DNA from: Bdellovibrionota bacterium
Lineage (GTDB): Bacteria > Bdellovibrionota_G > JALEGL01 > DATDPG01
Assembly (NCBI GenBank): GCA_963668355.1
Contig: OY764265.1
Span: forward strand, 896,001 to 960,000
Direction: 5' to 3'
Length of the DNA stretch: 64,000 nucleotides
Shown: positions 39,301-47,557 of the stretch, in pieces
Layout: every line of letters starts with the position of its first letter
Numbering within the stretch: position 1 is the first letter of the stretch
Program-made: the position numbers and the translations under genes
Notes under the pieces: model-generated
Told to the model about the DNA's origin: nothing
The model's input: the letters and a program-made list of their open reading frames with translations, nothing else
Database searches by the model: none

Positions 39301-39476
39301 GGCATGTTTGCTTCGATTCTCTAGACACTTAGAAAGTGGATAAAAGGTGGAGAGAAGCTATGCAGGATTCGAATGAAACAGAGCTCAAAGCTTTAGATAG
39401 AAGCATGGGTACATCAGCTGCATACAAGGGAGTGAACGGATCGGGTAGAACCTTAAGGTTTTGTCCATGACAATGA

Positions 39477-39563
39477 TGGTGCCTGGGACTGGATTCGAAC
39501 CAGCACAGTATTGCTACCGCCAGCCCCTCAAGCTGGTGTGTCTACCAATTCCACCACCCAGGC
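39477..39563 (-). tRNA. tRNA-Leu (anticodon GAG)
   Basis: GCCTGGGTGGTGGAATTGGTAGACACACCAGC-TTGAGGG-GCTGG...GGTTCGAATCC.GTCCCAGGCACCA; long variable arm; encoded CCA. Confidence 0.96.
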
Positions 39564-39681
39564 ACAAAAAGGAAAAACCCCTATAGTCAGCCTTGAGGAA
39601 TCGGTCAACCATAATTCGCGGGGTTCTCTTGCCTGTCTTCTGGCTAACAGCTATATTTAATTGGGTTTTTTGGGAGTTTCT

Positions 39682-40050
39682 ATGAAGGATACAAAACATC
39701 GACACGCTCGGCGCACGAATCTCCGTGTGGCCGTAAAAGTTGAACATAAAAGCCGCCTCCAAGAGTTTTATTCTCGTAACTTGAGTAGCGGGGGCATTTT
39801 CTTGGAAGTGGAGAAAAAACTCCCTGCCATCGGATCCAAGCTCAAATTAAAATTTGAGGTTCCAGGCTTAAGGAAAGCCATCATGGCGGAAGCCGAGGTT
39901 CTCCATCACCACTCCTACGAAACCATGAATGAAAAAATGGAAGCCTTCACACGAAAAGGCATGGGGCTTCGCTTCCTAAACTTGAGCGAACAAGACGAAG
40001 CTCTGATCAACGAGTACATCACAGGCAAGGAACTTCATGTCAGCTCCTAA
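39682..40050 (+). CDS. Stand-alone PilZ domain protein
   Basis: RHARR (RxxxR), NLSSGGIF (NxSxxG), GMGLRF. Confidence 0.88.
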   Translation: MKDTKHRHARRTNLRVAVKVEHKSRLQEFYSRNLSSGGIFLEVEKKLPAIGSKLKLKFEVPGLRKAIMAEAEVLHHHSYETMNEKMEAFTRKGMGLRFLNLSEQDEALINEYITGKELHVSS

Positions 40051-41563
40051 CACTCCAGAAACTGCCGCTCCGGTAAAGAAAGCTCCGAGCTTTGTGGATG
40101 ACGCGAAAAAGCTCATTGCCGCCAAGTACTCCATTGTTTACGTGACGACCTTCGAAGATGCCCGCTGCGAACAAACGCTTCAAAACCTCGCCAAATCGGG
40201 ATTTCAAAATCCTTTGAAATTTTTTTCGTGGAGCATCACGGAAGGACTTAAATCCGGCACCGAGAAAATCCCCGGAACGGAAGACCCCATCAAGGCCTTG
40301 GATCATGTGATTCAACTCAAAGATCCAGCTGTATATACGTTCAAGGATCTCAACCAAGAGTTTGAAAATTTTCCAACCTTGGTACGCAAGCTCAGAGACA
40401 CCTATCAAGCCATCAAAAACCAAGTCAAAACCCTTTTCATTTTGGCTCCTCTGGTTGAAATTCCCGATGAAATTTCAAAAGAGGTCGCCGTCATCGAGTT
40501 TGGTCTCCCGAGTTCTGCTGAACTTGAAAAACTCTTTGATGCCACAACCAAATCGTTCAAAAATTTAAAAGTAGATTTGACTCCAGATGACCGGACCGAC
40601 TTCATCAAATCCGGATCCGGTCTCACATGGGATGAAGCGCGAAGCGCCTATGTCCACGCTTGCATGGGAAGGTCGACCTTAACGGCCGATGCGGTAAATG
40701 TGGTCATCGAAGAAAAAAGTAAAATCGTTCGAAAAGACGGCATTTTAGATTACGTGCCTGTCGATTTCTCCATGCAAGAAATCGGAGGGTTGGAAAATTT
40801 AAAAGACTGGTTGGAACGACGTTCTCGTTTCTTTTCCAAGGAGGCCCAAAATTTTGGCTTGAGTGCACCCAAAGGCGTGCTTCTCACCGGAATCTCCGGA
40901 TGTGGAAAGTCTAGCTGCGTGAAGGCCATCAGCCAATATTGGCGCTTACCTCTCATGCGTCTAGATATGACCAAGGTTTACGGCGGAGTCTTGGGAAGCG
41001 CAGAGGAGACCTTCGCAAGGGCTTTAAAAACCGTGGAGGCCGTCGCTCCCGTAATTCTGTGGATTGAGGAAATCGAGAAAGGTGTGGCGGGATTCAGTCA
41101 AGGAGACGGAGGCGTCACGGCCCGAATTTTTTCATCCTTCTTGACGTGGATGCAGGAAAAGACCTCCAACGTTTTTATAGCAGCTACAGCCAATGAGATT
41201 GACCAACTCCCCCCCGAACTTCTTCGAAAAGGCCGATTCGATGAAATTTTCTTTGTGGACCTCCCCACAGAGAAAGAGCGCGTGGACATTTTTCAGGTTC
41301 ATATCCTCAAGCGAAAGCACAAGCCGGAGAAATTCAACCTCATCAATCTATCAAAGGCGACCAATGGTTTCAGTGGAGCTGAAATTGAACAGGTGGTTGC
41401 GGCCGGAATGTTTGAAGCTTTCAATGAAAAAAGGCAGTTCAACGACCAGGATCTCTACCGAGAAATTTCAAAGACAGTTCCTCTTTCCACGACCATGGCG
41501 GAGCGTATCAAAGAGATCAAGCGCTGGGCCGACACACGAGCCGTCCGCGCCACAAAGCACTAA
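40037..41563 (+). CDS. Ycf46-like AAA+ ATPase
   Basis: IGGLENLKDWL, GISGCGKS, LWIEEIEK, FLTWMQE, LPPELLRKGRFDEIFFVDLP. Confidence 0.9.
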   Translation: MSAPNTPETAAPVKKAPSFVDDAKKLIAAKYSIVYVTTFEDARCEQTLQNLAKSGFQNPLKFFSWSITEGLKSGTEKIPGTEDPIKALDHVIQLKDPAVYTFKDLNQEFENFPTLVRKLRDTYQAIKNQVKTLFILAPLVEIPDEISKEVAVIEFGLPSSAELEKLFDATTKSFKNLKVDLTPDDRTDFIKSGSGLTWDEARSAYVHACMGRSTLTADAVNVVIEEKSKIVRKDGILDYVPVDFSMQEIGGLENLKDWLERRSRFFSKEAQNFGLSAPKGVLLTGISGCGKSSCVKAISQYWRLPLMRLDMTKVYGGVLGSAEETFARALKTVEAVAPVILWIEEIEKGVAGFSQGDGGVTARIFSSFLTWMQEKTSNVFIAATANEIDQLPPELLRKGRFDEIFFVDLPTEKERVDIFQVHILKRKHKPEKFNLINLSKATNGFSGAEIEQVVAAGMFEAFNEKRQFNDQDLYREISKTVPLSTTMAERIKEIKRWADTRAVRATKH

Positions 41564-41596
41564 AAAAACGGCCTTAAGGAAACCTCAAGGCCGTTT
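41562..41596 (-). terminator. Intrinsic terminator, probably bidirectional
   Basis: AAACGGCCTT..AAGGCCGTTT stem with an A-run on the + strand, between convergent genes. Confidence 0.75.
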
Positions 41597-41617
41597 GATA
41601 AAATTTGCAGAATAAAT

Positions 41618-42202
41618 TTACGAACGATCCAGTGCTTCGTATTGGTTCATGATGTCTTCCACGAAAGGAGACATCTGAGCACATTCACTTTCAACTTCAT
41701 CTTCAACGGAGTGAACCATAACTGGAAAACACTCTCGCTCGGTTTCTTTTCTCCAATTCCATGCCTGAATCTCAAAATCTTCTGGCATTTCAATCGAATC
41801 ATCTCCGCAAACGCTCTCATGGAAAGCGTTTAGAAGATGAATATTCTCCGATTTTGCGGCCTCCAAGTGCTCGGGGAATTCATCCAAACTCGGCAACAAA
41901 CCCAAAGCACTCATTTCATCCAATGTATTCAAGTTTTTTAAAACGGAATTGACAACTAGGCATTGTTCCTCTGAAAACCGAGGAGCCGCAAAATTCACAT
42001 CCGCTTTGGCCAAAATGGGACGGCTCTGGCAATAAAAGATATCGATTGAACTGACAAAACGTAGCGCCTTGGCAAAACGATCTCCTTGAGCCTGGCCATC
42101 CCGAGCTCCCAAACAATCGGCCTGAGCCGAGCCAGAAACTCCGACCACACTCAAGGCCAAACAGGCGCAAACAAACACACTCCACATAGTATTTTTATTC
42201 AT
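41618..42202 (-). CDS. Secreted Cys-containing acidic hypothetical protein
   Basis: Signal peptide ending AQA; six Cys in the mature part; GGGGGA RBS before ATG 42202. Confidence 0.65.
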   Translation of the reverse strand: MNKNTMWSVFVCACLALSVVGVSGSAQADCLGARDGQAQGDRFAKALRFVSSIDIFYCQSRPILAKADVNFAAPRFSEEQCLVVNSVLKNLNTLDEMSALGLLPSLDEFPEHLEAAKSENIHLLNAFHESVCGDDSIEMPEDFEIQAWNWRKETERECFPVMVHSVEDEVESECAQMSPFVEDIMNQYEALDRS

Positions 42203-42384
42203 TGAAATCCCCCGACAGAAAAAGGTTGATCTTTGAGGAGGCAAAAAAAACCGGCCTTAGAGAAACCTCTCGCTCTGCCCTTCGATAAGGACCTGAAAAA
42301 GAAGCATTTCTAAGACCGGTTCTAAATCCACCCACGATATGTAACTCAGAACTATCACAGCGCGTTAGTCTTTGCAAAATCTTT

Positions 42385-42421
42385 AAAAAAAGAAAAGGCC
42401 GGACAATCATCCGGCCTTTTC
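42385..42421 (-). terminator. Rho-independent terminator
   Basis: GAAAAGGCCGGA-N6-TCCGGCCTTTTC plus a T-run on the - strand, just after the 42444 stop. Confidence 0.85.
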
Positions 42422-42443
42422 CAAAGGATATTTGAGCTACACC

Positions 42444-43904
42444 TTAAGGAGCAACTGTGGGGGCCTTCGTCATGAACACTTCCTCAGCAACCTCCAAGAC
42501 CAAGCTACTCTGCTTAATCTTTGTATCAAACGAAAGCGCTCCATGAAGAGGAACAGGTCGAGCGATTTCGGCGGGAAGAGGTTCGAAACCTCGATCATCC
42601 CGAGAATCCACATCAATCAACAGAGCTTCAACCAAGGGGCTTCGGCCTTTGTTCGAACCGTCTTCGGAGTATAGAAGCGCTACCATATGACAGTCTTCTC
42701 CGCTGGTGCAAATCTCTTTGAGCGAGCTATGCAGTCGTCGAGACTCCACCGGGGCGTTCTTGTCAAAGGTTTCAACCGCGATTTCTCCGTTGATCAACAC
42801 AGCCATGGCCGTCGCATTCTCCGAACCCGCACTGCTTCCTGCAATCTTCAAAATGGGGTTCCATCGCCGAGGCACATTCAAAATCGCTTCCACCACATAA
42901 AGGAACCCATCGCCTTCATCAATGGTTTCAGGAACCTTTTGAACCTGAGGCAGGGTATCCAGAGCGAACTCACCATACCAATCACCAAATTCATCAATTC
43001 CACCCAAGGTCAATGCACGGTTCCAGTTTCCAGCTTCCAAAACAAAACTGGAAGTGACCGTTGTAGGCCAAGAATCATAGGGTTTTCGCATGGGAAGAAT
43101 CGCATAATTTTTGTCCTTTTTTTCCTGTTCGGTCACACGATTGATCACTTCTCGGATCGTATCTACGCGAAGCAGTTCAAGATTAAAGGACTTCTGTTTG
43201 TCTCCAGATTTCCAGGGAAGAAGTTCTTTGGTCCATTTATCTTTCTGCTTGGGCAAACGAAAAGCCGCAACTTTATATCCATTAACCAAGAACGGATCCA
43301 ATCCGTTGGCTCGGCCTTTTTCGCTGCGTTCACACTCGTCCCCGATTCCATCGCGATCGCTATCTTCTCCTTCAAAATATTCGGCTTCGGAACAACCAAA
43401 TTTGGCCATCCCCACCGGATCATCTCGTTTGGCGACTATGTTTAATTCGCTCATGGGCTGGGCATCTCGATTGAGCGTTCGAGCCCTACGATCCGTCGTC
43501 GTTGGGGCCTGAGAGGTGGTGGAAGGAACAGTAGAGGTTCCAGGAAGGGCACCACACAGACCTCGGGCAAACATGGCTTGGTTCGGAACTCGTTTTCCCG
43601 TTTGAGAATCAATATGCCAACACCCTTGCGTACCATTCATCATGAGGTTGCCCGACAATCCATTTCGGCTGGTCATGTTGGCCATGCGCTCCATCTGAGC
43701 CTGTTGGTAAGAATTTCGAAACGTCGTCGTGCTTGCTGGAGAGGTATAGTTGGAACCATACCGATTTCCATAATACGAAGCCATTTGAGCTTGCATCAAG
43801 CGTTGGTCTCTTAAGATTCGATCTCGATCCGAGTTATTCGAACTACAACCGACCACCAAACTGGCCAGAGCGATGAGCTTAACTGCTGTGTGCATCGTTT
43901 TCAT
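42444..43904 (-). CDS. Hypothetical lipoprotein with thrombospondin type-3-like Ca-binding motif
   Basis: GGAGG RBS; lipobox LVVGC; low-complexity N-region; DSDRDGIGDEC. Confidence 0.7.
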   Translation of the reverse strand: MKTMHTAVKLIALASLVVGCSSNNSDRDRILRDQRLMQAQMASYYGNRYGSNYTSPASTTTFRNSYQQAQMERMANMTSRNGLSGNLMMNGTQGCWHIDSQTGKRVPNQAMFARGLCGALPGTSTVPSTTSQAPTTTDRRARTLNRDAQPMSELNIVAKRDDPVGMAKFGCSEAEYFEGEDSDRDGIGDECERSEKGRANGLDPFLVNGYKVAAFRLPKQKDKWTKELLPWKSGDKQKSFNLELLRVDTIREVINRVTEQEKKDKNYAILPMRKPYDSWPTTVTSSFVLEAGNWNRALTLGGIDEFGDWYGEFALDTLPQVQKVPETIDEGDGFLYVVEAILNVPRRWNPILKIAGSSAGSENATAMAVLINGEIAVETFDKNAPVESRRLHSSLKEICTSGEDCHMVALLYSEDGSNKGRSPLVEALLIDVDSRDDRGFEPLPAEIARPVPLHGALSFDTKIKQSSLVLEVAEEVFMTKAPTVAP

Positions 43905-43959
43905 GATGTCCTCCAAATATCCTTTCATCCCCTTCTCAGGGACCTCACCCCCTCTAAAC

Positions 43960-43974
43960 GCAACACCCATACCA
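43960..43974 (-). promoter_or_regulatory. Putative sigma54 promoter
   Basis: TGGTAT-N5-TTGC on the - strand, 55 nt before the lipoprotein ATG; IHF-like TTTCAACGAGTTA at 44002-44014. Confidence 0.55.
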
Positions 43975-44139
43975 ACTTGGCCAAAATTAACTTTTCTTTA
44001 TTTTCAACGAGTTAGGTGCATAAATAGGGGGGTGTGGGTTGAGCAAGGAGTGAGCAGGTAACGCCCCATGCGCCATATACGTCCCAATTCCCCCATTCCC
44101 CAAAATCAGCGAAATTTCGAGATTGGTTCTGTTGAGAAC

Positions 44140-44488
44140 TCGCAGATGTAACGAGGTGGCGGGAAAGTGGCTTAAAGGTTCCAGGAATGGCTCGACATGA
44201 AAGGCCGAGAAGTTTTAAGTTTACCTGTCTGCGCTTAAGTTCCTTCCACCTTTAAGCCACTTTCCAATTGCCTAAGGAGTGGAAGCAAACATGCATGTCT
44301 CGGAAGTGTTTCGTTTTCGGGAGGAGAAATTAAGCGGAGCCTCCGGAGCATCTTAAATGCGTGGATTTGCAAAATTTACGGAAACTCCTTGGATTTGCAC
44401 GGCAGACGCGCGAGCCATTCGACGGAGAAAACGAAATACTTCCGAGGCCTGCTTAAGCCACTTTCCCGCCACCTCGTTACATCTGCGA
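44140..44488. repeat. Composite nested palindromic element containing MITE-like copy 2
   Basis: Perfect 36-bp outer IR at 44140-44175/44453-44488; hairpin A with an 18-bp IR at 44162-44179/44248-44265; hairpin B at 44297-44448. Confidence 0.9.
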
Positions 44489-44596
44489 ATTTTCTTCGCC
44501 AATCAACAAAGGCAGGACGTGCTCTCGGGGGAGAGTCTACAGCTGAGGAGGGAACCCGCGAGTTCACGGTGAAACGCCTGTCTCTTTGAAAAAAAC

Positions 44597-45154
44597 TTAT
44601 TGTTCGTTCTTACGAATGGCGACGAGTCGGTATTGATCAAATCCGGCTTCCGCCGCCGTAAATAAGACGGACGTCACCAACCAATAAGGTGTCTTCTTGT
44701 CGGCGATCACCAGAACCTCTCCACTAAACTTGATCTTATCGCTCAGCTTGGCCAGCTCTTTGAAGCCTGCCGCTTTGCTTTGGAGCTTCGAGAAAAGATC
44801 TTTGATCAAGTAGCGTCGACTCCGAGCATTCTTTTCCAAGGTTCTCAGCGTCTTTTTATCCAACACCATCACATGGTCTGCATCTACAGAGATGATTCCA
44901 TCTTGATCGTCTCCGTACCCGGTAACCACCAATTTCGTGGCTTCAATGGGATTCATCAAATTGCTGGACAGAGGAATGCTGATTGACTCTCCGACGGGAA
45001 TGGACATCGCACTAACAGAATAGCTTTTGAGAAGAAAGATAACGACAACCGTTAACATGTCCATCATGGCCACGAGATTTAGTTCCCGTATGGCTCCTGG
45101 ATGAAATGCCTTGCCTCTTCTCCTCTTTAGTTGTGCTCGATAATTTCTTCCCAC
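44597..45154 (-). CDS. ExbD/TolR family protein (AglS-like)
   Basis: ELNLVAMMDMLTVVVIFLLKSYS; IADKKTPY..VTSVLFTAAEAGF. Confidence 0.88.
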   Translation of the reverse strand: MGRNYRAQLKRRRGKAFHPGAIRELNLVAMMDMLTVVVIFLLKSYSVSAMSIPVGESISIPLSSNLMNPIEATKLVVTGYGDDQDGIISVDADHVMVLDKKTLRTLEKNARSRRYLIKDLFSKLQSKAAGFKELAKLSDKIKFSGEVLVIADKKTPYWLVTSVLFTAAEAGFDQYRLVAIRKNEQ

Positions 45155-45163
45155 GATGACTCC

Positions 45164-45670
45164 TTAGATGATGCTTAAGGTTACGTCCGGAAACAAGTCT
45201 GACTCACCGTTCTTTTGCTCCCGAAGAGCGTCCATTGTACGGATGATGTCATCGTAAATGATCTTCGGATCCGAGATAATGAGAACACGAGATTCCTTGG
45301 TGAATCGATTTTTCAGATTCACAGCAATTTCTCGTAAGCGATCAAAATCGTATCCCTCAACTTGTTTGGGAACGACCGTGGGCTTGATCGATTTTCCACC
45401 TTGCACACTCGGATCAACGACGAACCCTTTTTGGGTCACGCGGACAATCAGCAAAAGCTCCTCGCCTTTCTTGGCTGCTTGTGCCTGCACTTTGGCTGAA
45501 TCCGGAGCCAACTGAGGAATGGATGCGTTCAAGATGGTAAAGCCCAAAAAGCTGGTGATGTTGACCAGGAGGAACAAAACTAAACAGGTCATCATGTCCA
45601 GATACGGAACGATATTGAGTTCCGTACCAATTTCCATCAACGCCCCTCGGCGGCCTCTTCCGCGTGCCAT
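45164..45670 (-). CDS. ExbD/TolR family protein (AglQ-like)
   Basis: ELNIVPYLDMMTCLVLFLL with the conserved TM Asp; YDDIIRTMDALR...LFPDV. Confidence 0.88.
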   Translation of the reverse strand: MARGRGRRGALMEIGTELNIVPYLDMMTCLVLFLLVNITSFLGFTILNASIPQLAPDSAKVQAQAAKKGEELLLIVRVTQKGFVVDPSVQGGKSIKPTVVPKQVEGYDFDRLREIAVNLKNRFTKESRVLIISDPKIIYDDIIRTMDALREQKNGESDLFPDVTLSII

Positions 45671-45692
45671 AGATTTCCTCTCTTAACTCAAG

Positions 45693-46334
45693 TTAAGCGG
45701 CTTTTTCAGAATCGTTTCTAAGAGCCAGCAAGTTTTCCAAACGACTGGAAAAATAGTCCAGGTCCCCAATGATTCGTTTGGCAATTCCCGAAAGAACCAA
45801 GTGGAAGAAAATACAAATCACCGCGATCACCAAACCTGCGGCCGTATTGTAGAGGGCTTCTGCAATACCAGCACCCAATAGCTTAGCTCGATCTTCCGGA
45901 GTGGCTTCCGACAAGCCCAAAAAGGAATCCATCAATCCAAAAATGGTTCCGATCAAACCGATCAATGTCGCGATGTTTGCGAATGACCACAATGAACCAA
46001 TTCGCTTCTCGATTTGTGGAGTCACCTGCAACAACGCTTCATCAATGGCCATGCTAACCGCCATATTGCTACGATTGGCTTTTACCAAGCCTGCTTTCAC
46101 AACGGTGGCCAAGGGGGTTTTGGAAGTATTGCAGTAGTTGATGGCTTGGGTCAGGTCATTGGCCAACACATAACTCTCAATATTCTTCATAAAATTTTTG
46201 CCATCAAACGAATGCTTCATCAACAAGGCATAGAAGCGTTCGAAAATCACCGCAATCGCCATTGGCGAAATAACGACAAGGTTCACCCAGAAAAACGGTG
46301 TGGCTTCTTTTAAAAATACCGAAAAACTATCCAT
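45693..46334 (-). CDS. MotA/TolQ/ExbB proton channel protein (AglR-like)
   Basis: ANIATLIGLIGTIFGL, GIAEALYNTAAGL; GGAGG RBS before ATG 46334. Confidence 0.92.
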   Translation of the reverse strand: MDSFSVFLKEATPFFWVNLVVISPMAIAVIFERFYALLMKHSFDGKNFMKNIESYVLANDLTQAINYCNTSKTPLATVVKAGLVKANRSNMAVSMAIDEALLQVTPQIEKRIGSLWSFANIATLIGLIGTIFGLMDSFLGLSEATPEDRAKLLGAGIAEALYNTAAGLVIAVICIFFHLVLSGIAKRIIGDLDYFSSRLENLLALRNDSEKAA

Positions 46335-46409
46335 GAACGAGTCCTCCTGTTTCAACATCTACTGTCGTGGTCACCCTTTGAATATAGGTAACCATTGAAA
46401 ACGAAAGGG

Positions 46410-46418
46410 ATTATAGCA
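46410..46418 (-). promoter_or_regulatory. Extended -10 promoter candidate for the aglRQS-like operon
   Basis: TGCTATAAT on the - strand, about 75 nt upstream of the ATG. Confidence 0.5.
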
Positions 46419-46449
46419 CTCCCATCAAAAAGGTACCAAAAACTTCGAT

Positions 46450-47532
46450 CTAAGCCTCTTTTTCAATGACCCGAGCCAGTTTTTGATGTTCGGGCCATCC
46501 ATCTGAAAGCGCTAGGTTGCCCTCCCTGCCGGGCTTGGACAAGTATTTTTTCTTCAGCGCCCTCACCCTTCCCAAGGCCTCATTCACACGCTCTTCGGAG
46601 ATTTCGTTTCGTTTCAGGGCTTGCTCAATGCGCCGAATCACCTTCTCGGCTTCATCCAAGGATTTACATACCAGAAGGAGGTCTACGCCAGCTGAAAGAG
46701 CTTTTATTGCAGCTTCGGCGATCTCTCCATGCTGGGAAATCGCCTTCATTTCAAGGTCGTCACTCAGCACCACCCCTTGAAAGCCCATTTTCTCTCGAAG
46801 AAGACCTTGAATCAGCACGCTGGACAAGGTTGCCGGGTTTTTGTCCCAAGTCGGATACACCACATGCGCTGTCATGATGGTGGGCACCTGTGCTCGAATG
46901 GCGGCTCGAAAGGGCTCCAATTCCCTTCGACCCATTTGTCGCCGAGAAACCTCGATGACCGGCAAAACCAAGTGACTGTCCGACGAGGCATCCCCATGAC
47001 CCGGAAAATGTTTGGCACAGGACACCACCCGTTCTCGGTTGTATGCCCGTACCGTCGCCGAAACCAAACGACTGACAATGGAAGGACGAGAATCAAAGCT
47101 GCGATCCCCAATCACGGGATTTCTGGCATTGCTGTCCACATCGGCCACCGGCGTAAAATTCACATTCACGCCAATGGCTTTTAATTCTCTTGCCATGGCA
47201 ACAGCTTGCTTGCGAGCCAGGGTTTCTTTTCCGGTTTTTCGAAAAATTTTTCCCAGACTTCGATTTCCAGGCCATTCGGTAAAGGGGGCGTAAAGACGAC
47301 ACACCCGCCCGCCCTCTTGATCTATGCCAATAAGGGGCGCAGTTTCAGAAAGCGTGCAGAGCTGTTGGGAAAATTTCCGAAGTTGAGCCGGAGTGTCTAC
47401 GTTTCGCCGAAAATAAATGAATCCGCTGGGATCATATTTTCGAATGAAGGCTTTTTCTTTTTTTGAAAGGCATTTTCCCTCCAAGCCCATCATCAAAAGT
47501 TGGCCAATTGGTTTGGATAATGTTGGGGACAT
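46450..47532 (-). CDS. nagZ: Beta-N-acetylhexosaminidase (GH3)
   Basis: IDQEGGRV, VIGDRSF, KHFPGHGDASSDSH, SDDLEM. Confidence 0.94.
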   Translation of the reverse strand: MSPTLSKPIGQLLMMGLEGKCLSKKEKAFIRKYDPSGFIYFRRNVDTPAQLRKFSQQLCTLSETAPLIGIDQEGGRVCRLYAPFTEWPGNRSLGKIFRKTGKETLARKQAVAMARELKAIGVNVNFTPVADVDSNARNPVIGDRSFDSRPSIVSRLVSATVRAYNRERVVSCAKHFPGHGDASSDSHLVLPVIEVSRRQMGRRELEPFRAAIRAQVPTIMTAHVVYPTWDKNPATLSSVLIQGLLREKMGFQGVVLSDDLEMKAISQHGEIAEAAIKALSAGVDLLLVCKSLDEAEKVIRRIEQALKRNEISEERVNEALGRVRALKKKYLSKPGREGNLALSDGWPEHQKLARVIEKEA

Positions 47533-47557
47533 CGCTAGGATGAAAACAGGAAAAAAC

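Noticed and set aside
42243..42321. SRP (4.5S) RNA, suggested by UCAGGUCC...GCAG
   Set aside because: It lacks the GNRA tetraloop and AGCAG spacing of helix 8. Kept only as an unidentified structured element.
42687..43445. Long alternative ORFs (42687..43445 +, also 25835..26533 - and 37299..37970 +)
   Set aside because: Each is antisense to a better-supported gene with an RBS or family motifs, and has no recognisable features of its own.
39147..44488. Integrative element at tRNA-Leu, or a composite transposon bounded by the two repeat copies
   Set aside because: No integrase or transposase, no duplicated tRNA 3' end and no target-site duplication were seen, and the enclosed region includes the tRNA itself.
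44597..46334. Flagellar stator (motA paired with the MotB-like gene at 24465) or Tol-Pal system
   Set aside because: The arrangement is one TolQ-like plus two TolR-like genes, with no tolA/tolB/pal or flagellar genes. The OmpA/MotB protein is a lipoprotein without the MotB TM Asp helix.
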